Positions 55,890-64,000 of a stretch of 64,000 nt of DNA are shown here, in pieces. Made by a program: the position numbers and the translations under genes. Under the pieces are notes generated by a model that saw nothing but the letters and a program-made list of their open reading frames with translations, did not search any database and was not told the origin of the DNA. Each line of letters begins with the position of its first letter. Position 1 is the stretch's first letter. The DNA is from Octopus vulgaris (lineage: Eukaryota): the NCBI GenBank assembly GCA_951406725.2, contig OX597828.1, positions 31,434,001-31,498,000 of the forward strand, given 5' to 3'.

Positions 55890-56121
55890 TTTAATCTTTG
55901 TTTCAGTCATTTGAATGCGGCCATGCTGGAACACCCCGTTGAAGGACTTAATCGAGAAAATCGACTCTAGAATTAATCTTCTGAAGCCTAGTACTTATTC
56001 TGTCGAATAATTTTGCCAAACCGCTAAGGTTACGGGGACCTAAACACACTAACAAGCGGTGCTGGGGGACAAACACCCACGCACACACACACACACACAT
56101 ACACACATACACACACACACA

Positions 56122-56163
<42 letters not shown>

Positions 56164-56326
56164 CGGCGAGTTTCTTACTTTCCTTCAATCAAATCCATTC
56201 GCAATTCTTTGGTCAGTCCTAGTCTATACTAGAAGACCCTTACCCAAGGTGTCACACAGTGAGACTGAACCTGGAACTCTATGTTTGAGAAGCAAGTTTC
56301 TTAATACACTTGTCACACTTGCTCCT
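55890..56326 (-). mobile_element. SINE family B, diverged full length
   Basis: Head, B box GGTTCAGTCTC, internal tract and 3' part all recognisable. Confidence 0.85.
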
Positions 56327-56401
56327 ATAAATGCACCTATGTATAAAAACGGTACCCAAATTCGTACAGGAAAATAAACTTAAAATTTTATTGAGAAATT
56401 A

Positions 56402-56549
56402 TAGTAGTACAGAGATATTTATTTACTCTACTGAATGTTCATCATGAGTCCAGCTGATGAATTCGGAATTGGGACACACAGGAATTACAGTGCTACATAT
56501 TTGATTAATTTCGTATACCTAAATATAAGACAATATCACTGCACTACTA
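56402..56549. repeat. Old fold-back remnant with CTGATGA near the turn
   Basis: TAGTAGTACAGAGATATT / AATATCACTGCACTACTA (16/18 match). Inner TTCATCA...TGATGAA. No GAAA half found. Confidence 0.4.
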
Positions 56550-57842
56550 GGCAAACCAAATAGTTTTACTCCAAACGAGTAATTACTGATCCGTGGCATC
56601 AATGTGATAGGGTGTAACCATTAATTTAGCAAATCGAATGACTTTGTGTATCATATACTGAGACTTCATTCTCTTTGAACCGTTCAATCATGATACTCTT
56701 AAATTTGTCGCCATAAAGAAATCTCCATTCACTGTGCTCAAAAATTCATATGCATATTATCAAACTCTGTATCTATCTGTCTGTTTCGCTGACATTCTGT
56801 AAGTTTATCAATCCCTGTCTCTGTCTCTCTCTCTTTCTCTCTCTCTCTCTTTCTCTCTCTCTATCTATCTGTATGTATGCATGCCTGTATGTAAGTATGT
56901 GTGGGCATGTGCGTGTACTGATATATCTAAAGTATATATTAATATACACTAATACTCATTTTGTGGGTGTCACTTGGCAAGATGTGTAAAAAAGGCATAT
57001 GTATATATATATATATATATATAAGATTTTTATGTATAAATGTTTTTAATGTATGCAAACATTGAATGGGTATTTGTGCCAAGTAAAATCTTACTTTTGA
57101 AACAACCATTTACAATTTGTTTGAAACTTTTCTCATTCGATAATGTAAAGAAATAAAACAGCTAATATAATCATAATATGTAACCACAAATGCAAATATA
57201 AAACACGCCACTTACATTTTTAAGTAAACATTCAGTGAATAACAAAGTAGCTGTCACCTCAAGCATATAAAATTTAAACGGCACAATCAGTTATTTAAAA
57301 AATATTGGTAATCAAATTATGGTAATATGTTGTAATTATTATGTGACAGACGAACTATTCAGTAAGTCATATGATTTAACGACCAATTGTATAATTTAAC
57401 GCAGTTAAATTTCTATGCATTGCATAAAGAATTGAATTTTAATGAAAGGCTTTTCAATAAATCTTGTATTTATCTACAGCAATTATTTCGACAACGAGAT
57501 ATTGCTCAAAAAAACAATTTTGTATCGAACGCAGTTACTTAACAGTTTACTAAAATTTGTAATCAATTAACTCCAAATAAAATTGTGAGGAGAAATGAGA
57601 AGAAATTTAAAATATCTAGTTACCATTTTCCTCATTCTAGATGGTATCTCAGAATTCTATTAACCGTAACCCCCAAAATAACAATCTAGGACGATGTTAG
57701 ATTAATTTATTTCACATATGTCAACACTCGTACAATTTCATCAAAGATAAGTGTGTTCATAGCATTGGAGATCGAATTATCGTAGCTTATAAAAGAAATG
57801 TTCTGTTATAAAATATAGCTGATCTATATGAAATAGTCATTA

Positions 57843-57944
57843 TAATTTATAGCTAACATTATCCCAGTTAGTATATACTACTAATTTTAACTAATTTATG
57901 GCTAACATTATCCCAGTTAGTATATACTACTAATATTAACTAAT
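57843..57944. repeat. 49-bp tandem duplication
   Basis: TAATTTAT(A/G)GCTAACATTATCCCAGTTAGTATATACTACTAAT(T/A)TTAAC occurs twice. Confidence 0.95.
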
Positions 57945-59072
57945 CAATCCGCTGGTCATTAGTAACACAAATATAATGACACACGACAGAAATTTTAAGA
58001 AGATATCAATAAATGGTGCTAATTATTATAGAGATACAAATTATATATAATCCACGAGTAATTACTGGACATAAACAAAATATGCCACTGGTAACTAAAT
58101 TAAGATATTTCACTATTATTATTTTATATCCAATTCCATCTATACATATCTTCGCCCGATAATCGGTTTAATTATAAACCGTATCAACTCTAAACAACTT
58201 AAAACACTTGATATAAATTAATGTCGACCAAATTTGAACCTACTTCTATTAATGTGTAATACCTCTACGTCATAATTAAATTTTGCAGGCTGCGATCTAT
58301 TTGCCAGCTCCTGTCAAATACGTGTTATTTGTAAAGGTGCTATAGAAATCTTTTCTATACTTATGCAATATAATTCCATTGATGATAAAACAGGCAATAA
58401 ATATTTCGTGAATTAATATATTTTCCTAATATATTATTATAATGAAATGCTAAAACCGTGTTATTAAATCAGTATGTTCTACTAGAAGCTGACAATAATT
58501 GGTAAATTCATAGTCTACTTACAGTATTCCCCATTTAAAATAATCCATTATTTATTATACCTAGCAATTATTTATTAGTAATAATGTGTTAAAAATCAGT
58601 TTCACATCAATTACTAATTAGAATAATCTTCCATATTAGTTGTTAAAAACTTAAACAACATACACTTCTAAGCTAATCAGGTGCAAAAATATACATGCCA
58701 ATAAAAGAAAAGGAAAGCAATAGAATTCTCTAATTATCATAGGAATATAAACTATGTCTAGTTCATGTTTAATTATTAAATAAACGTAGCTTAGAAAAAA
58801 AACGCTACTTTATATACATAATTCATTGGCGTTGCAAATAGTTATTAAATTAGTATATTCTACTAATTGTATTCTTTAAAAATCGATATTAATTATACAT
58901 ATGTTGAGTCAATTAGTGGTTAAATAAAAAGCGGTAGCAGTTAAAAAGCGAAGATAATAGTTCAAGTAGCGTGCGACAAAATCAATGCTTTCTAACTGGT
59001 CTCAAATTTTAAAGCAAATATTTTGTCGTACGTTGAAAAGCCAAATTTGAAATGTGTATTCTTCCGTTGGGT

Positions 59073-59463
59073 TTTGGATCGAAGCACCCCGTCGGATACG
59101 ACGATGAGGGTTCCGGTTGATCCGAATCAACGGAACAGTCTGGTCGTGAAATTAACGTGTAAGTGGCTGAGCACTCCACAGACACGTGTACCCTTAACGT
59201 AGTTCTCGGGGATATCCAGCGTGACACAGAGAGTGACAAGGTCGGCCCTTTGAAATACAGGTACAACAGAAACAGGAAGTAAGAGTGAGAGAAAGTTGTG
59301 GTGAAAGAGTACAGCAGGGATCACCACCATCCCCTGCCGGAGCATCGTGGAGCTTTTAGGTGTTTTCGCTCAATAAACACTCACAACACCCGGTCTGGGA
59401 ATCGAAACCGCGATCCTACGACCGCGAGTCCGCTGCCCTAACCACTGGGCCATTGCGCCTCCA
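59073..59463 (-). mobile_element. SINE family C, full length with 12-bp TSD
   Basis: TSD CTTCCGTTGGGT at 59061-59072 and 59464-59475. Highly similar to 9492-9881. Confidence 0.95.
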
Positions 59464-59944
59464 CTTCCGTTGGGTATCAATATTAATTCATAACAACAAC
59501 AAAAAAAAGGAAAAGATCTTAACATTACTGTAATGAAATATACCCCGGCGGTGGATATCTGTGTTAGGAATCATCTAAGGAATTGCAATAAACATATAAA
59601 ATGACTGTTTATAATCTTAAAGATATATCTATAGAATAGTATAACATTGAATAATATTTCTTGAATTGAAACGAACATAAAATAAAGGAGATTGATATGA
59701 ACATAAAAAAGAAAACCTTTGCGCTTCAGAATCATTTTCCATAACATCACTCCCCGCTTTTGAACTACTTGACACTTCATTTAACATAAAACGTTTTTGA
59801 AATTTAGTGACACGAACTTCACAAACACCATTGCCTTACATCACGTGAAATAATGACATTTACTGTTTGCAACCGTCAGCACAATTCTGGGATTTTTCAA
59901 TACGATTTAATATAATGAAGTCGACCGACTAAGTATATATAGAT

Positions 59945-60150
59945 GTGTGTGTGTATCTGTGTCTGTGTTTGTCCTCCCACCATCGCCTGACGAAAGATGT
60001 TGGTGTGCTTACGTCCCCGTAATTTAGCGGTTCGGCAAAGGAACCGATAGAATAAATACTAGGCTTACAAAGAATAAATCCTGGGGTCGACTTGTGCAAC
60101 TAAAGGCAGTGCTCCAGCATGGCTGTGGTCAAAGTTTGAAGCAAGTAAAA
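59945..60150 (+). mobile_element. SINE family B, 3' half
   Basis: GTGTCTGTGTTTGTCC...TTAGCGGTTCGGCAAA...GTGCTCCAGCATGG. Confidence 0.85.
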
Positions 60151-61337
60151 AAGGAAAAAGGAATAAAGCAATATATATATATATATGTGTGTGTGTGTAT
60201 GTATGTATGTATATATCTTTCTATCTATTTATCTCTGTCATTCTATATATGTATACAAGGCGGTAATCACACGAACTTAAGTGATGCTAGCTAGAACTCC
60301 ATATAGCGGCTACATTTCACGTTCTAATGTCAATTTTCCCTGTTCAGTAATACACGCAAAATAAAATGAAGTTTTCGAATAACAACTGAAACCGTTTTTG
60401 CTATTTTGATAATTGGAATACTTACACACAAACACACATATATCAGAGGACGATTGTTTGTGTATATGTATGAGTATTACTGTCACTACTTTTGTAGGTT
60501 CTTCATTCATTCAGCGTGTAACCCTCCGATGTTTTCATTATATATAATCACATATACCTATTTAGTTATATGCAAACAACAGTGACTGCCAAACAAAATT
60601 GAGCTGTGGGACACGTACATATTTTAAATAAGTAATTGCAATATTATGTATTTAAGGAAATCATGTTTCAATTTCTGTCCTATACTTTAAACGTTCGGTG
60701 TATTGAAATATATTTGATAGTAGCTAAAATATATAAAAACATTCTACATGTTGGCCTAATCCTTAGATTTTGCTTCAGGGCATATCAATGCAGCGAAGGA
60801 GCTTCAATCTAATTACATCTAATTAGTAAACAGCAGTCATAAATTTTTCGTATGAATCACTATTCAATGATTTATGAAGTTAATGTTTAATCAAACTAAA
60901 GTTTCTTTTACCCTTTAAATAATTAACGATTGTCTCATTTGTGTATTCTTTCTACAATTTATAGTCCAATCACTGAAACAAGTAAAAGAGATTAAACAGA
61001 TATAGACACACACACGCACGAACAAACACACATATACATACATGCACACAATAACGCACACATATATCGAGTTACAGAACGATAAATTGAAAGAAAGGTA
61101 TATGTGTATTGTTTCATTCCTATTATTTTCTTTTACTTGTTTCAAGCTTTGACTGAAACCATGCTGGAGCACCGCCTTTAGTTGAACAAATCAACCCCAG
61201 GACTTATTCTTTGTAAGCCTAGTAATATTTTATCGGCTCATTTGCCGAACCGCTTAGTTATAGGGTCGTAGACACACCAGCATCGTTTGTCAGGCGATGG
61301 TAGGGGGGGTAAACACACACATAAATACACGTACATG

Positions 61338-61766
<429 letters not shown>

Positions 61767-61772
61767 TTGATT

Positions 61773-61829
<57 letters not shown>

Positions 61830-62199
61830 TTAGATATATACAATGGGCTTCTTTCATTGACCGTCTACCAGATCTACTTACAAGGCTTTGGTCGACCCGA
61901 GGCTATAGTAGAAGACACTTGCGCAAGGTGCGATGCAGAGGAACTGAACCCGAAACCGTGTGGTTGGGAAGCAAGCTTCTTTATTTCAATATTTTTGCCA
62001 TAAAGCTATTACACAGAGAGGACAGTACATCCCGTTTGGGGACTCATAACAATTAAAAATATATAAAAATAAAATATGATACTATGAATGACACATGAAA
62101 ATGAACATGACGAAAAATTAAAATTATGATAACATGCGTGATAGTTGAAAATGAAAATATGAAGAGTGTGCCACTCATCGCACATCGAGGAAAACTACT

Positions 62200-63400
62200 C
62201 GCCGCCTCTGAGTCATAAATTCCTTTTAATCTCTGTTCCAGTTCCGCTGTCGCTCCATGACTGCACTCTCTCGTAGAAGTCTTCTAAATTCTGAAGTGCC
62301 CGCTGTTTGTTTCTCTCTTTCCTGTGGGGAAATGGGGCGTGTGTATGGGTAAGAGATATCTGAGTGGTCTTGGGTGGGATGAAGTTGGACTGGGGTACCA
62401 TATCGGACTCAGTATCTTTCCTTTTTTCTTTTCCTCCTCCTACTCTCTGTTACTCTCAATTCTTCCTCCTTTTCCTCTTTTCCTCCGTCTGTCTTTTCTT
62501 CCTCTCTTTTGTCTTCCATCTCCACAAATGTTTCTCCTGCTATTGTCCTCTGTAGAAGTTATTATTCTCTAATGTGGCCATTTTGGCTACATTTAAAGAA
62601 AATTGGTACTCAGCCCTCTACCCACACTCTCAGCACAATTTCCCCCAACGTCACCGTCTCTGCCAAACTCTCCAGTTGCCCCTCCCCCGCTTGTAAAATT
62701 AGTTCATGTGTCTCCCCTTCCCACCCTTATTCTTCCCTTTCTGTGGTTTCAAGGACAGCTACTTTCTCCTCGCTTCCAACAAGGACAGCAACGGCCACCT
62801 AAGCCACTTCTATATCAGGTGGGATTGCTTCTACACTTACCATGGAAGATTTTCTTCTAAGACATGTGGTCAGAAGCACTACATCCTCTGTTTTTACCGC
62901 CACTCTCGCCAGCCTCCTCACCTCCTCTACTGTCCTAAATTGGACAACCGTTGTTCTATATCTCCTTCCTTTTGTTATGTGTGTTATTTCTTTTGACCGC
63001 TCTCTTAGCGCCTTTTCCATTTCAGCTTCAACCTGCTGAGCCTTTTTTCCTTTTAACCAAAACACCTTATAGATGATCGTTTTTCTCTCCATCCGCTCCA
63101 TACTTCCGCCGCCCACTTTCTGTACTATCTTCTCATTATCCTTCAGACCAGTCAAGTCCAATTTCCTTCGCTTCATCTCCGTGACGTCAGCGGAAGTCCT
63201 TGTCTTCTCCAACTCGCAGTCCATTTTATGACCGCCCGTACCACCTCCTTCTCTTCTGAAGACAACTCAGAACCACTAAGTTTTGAATACATTTGCTAAG
63301 CTAGCACGAAAAAAACCGTCCGACTATCAACAAATTCACACAACAACTACTGGACAACGCATGCACACAGCTTCTTGCACACAGCCACCGCTGTGCAAAC
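62200..63400 (-). mobile_element. Non-LTR retrotransposon 5' region / ORF1 (gag-like) pseudogene
   Basis: ORF 63224-62799 continues past a stop. Downstream VWVEG*VPIFFKCSQNGHIRE** is a decayed CCHC knuckle. Confidence 0.65.
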
Positions 63401-63647
63401 ATTATATATATGAATAAAAGATGAAAGCGAAAACCTCAAAAACCAACAATCCTACGATAAATACACACACGAGCAATGCAATGGAAGCTTTTAAAAATAG
63501 GCCTACCTTCTGTATGGAATTTGAAGTTAGTTTACGTTACCCAATATCAATTGATTGCATGTTGGGCATGAGAAAACATACTTTGCAGTCTTCAGTTTGA
63601 GATTGTAACTTATTTATAAATATTTTATTGTTTACTATATATATATA

Positions 63648-64000
63648 GGCGCAGGAGTGGCTGTGTGGTAAGTAGCTTGTTTACCAACCACATGGTTCCG
63701 GGTTCAGTCCCACTGCGTGGCACCTTGGGCAAGTGTCTTCTACTAAAGCCTCGAGCCGACCAAAGCCTTGTGAGTGGATTTGGTAGACGAAAGAAGCCTG
63801 TCGTATAAATGTATATATATATATGTGTGTGTGTGTAAGTTTGTGTGTCTGTGTTTGTCCCCCTAGCATTGCTTGACAACCGATGCTGGTGCGTTTACGT
63901 CCCCGTTACTTAGCGGTTCGGCAAAAGGGACAGACAGAATACGTACTGGGCTTAGAAAAGAATAAGTCCCGGGTTCGAATTGCTCGATTAAAGGCGGTGC
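63648..64000 (+). mobile_element. SINE family B, intact head, runs off the window end
   Basis: GGCGCAGGAGTGGCTGTGTGGTAAG (A box), GGTTCAGTCCC (B box), CORE-like CACCTTGGGCAAGTG, internal TA/TG tract. Confidence 0.93.

Overview
AT-rich eukaryotic (animal) DNA, intronic or intergenic. It is most likely an Octopus genome, inferred from the tRNA-derived SINE families and the very dense (TA)n/(CA)n/(AAT)n microsatellites. I found no host protein-coding gene I can support: nearly all long ORFs in the track are microsatellite read-throughs or decayed transposon sequence. The window holds three SINE families (about 18 copies, one a tandem array), decayed non-LTR retrotransposons (RTE, Tx1/L1, R4/Dong, an ORF1 with a zinc knuckle), a Penelope-like (PLE) reverse transcriptase, Tc1 and mariner relics, a TTAA piggyBac-type MITE and two long inverted-repeat elements. 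The most interesting signal is a set of short (90-450 bp) non-coding elements from several unrelated families, nearly all sitting in or against (TA)n tracts. They share one architecture: inverted arm, optional type I hammerhead ribozyme with a palindromic stem III, direct arm, short tail. Five clear hammerhead motifs are visible (3281, 6890, 20602, 51584, 61497; intact core at 3281 and 51584), plus three more degraded or split ones and two spacerless palindromes. This resembles Penelope pseudo-LTR or retrozyme-type non-autonomous retroelements. All alignments and folds were done by eye, identities are rough estimates, and boundaries of decayed elements are approximate.
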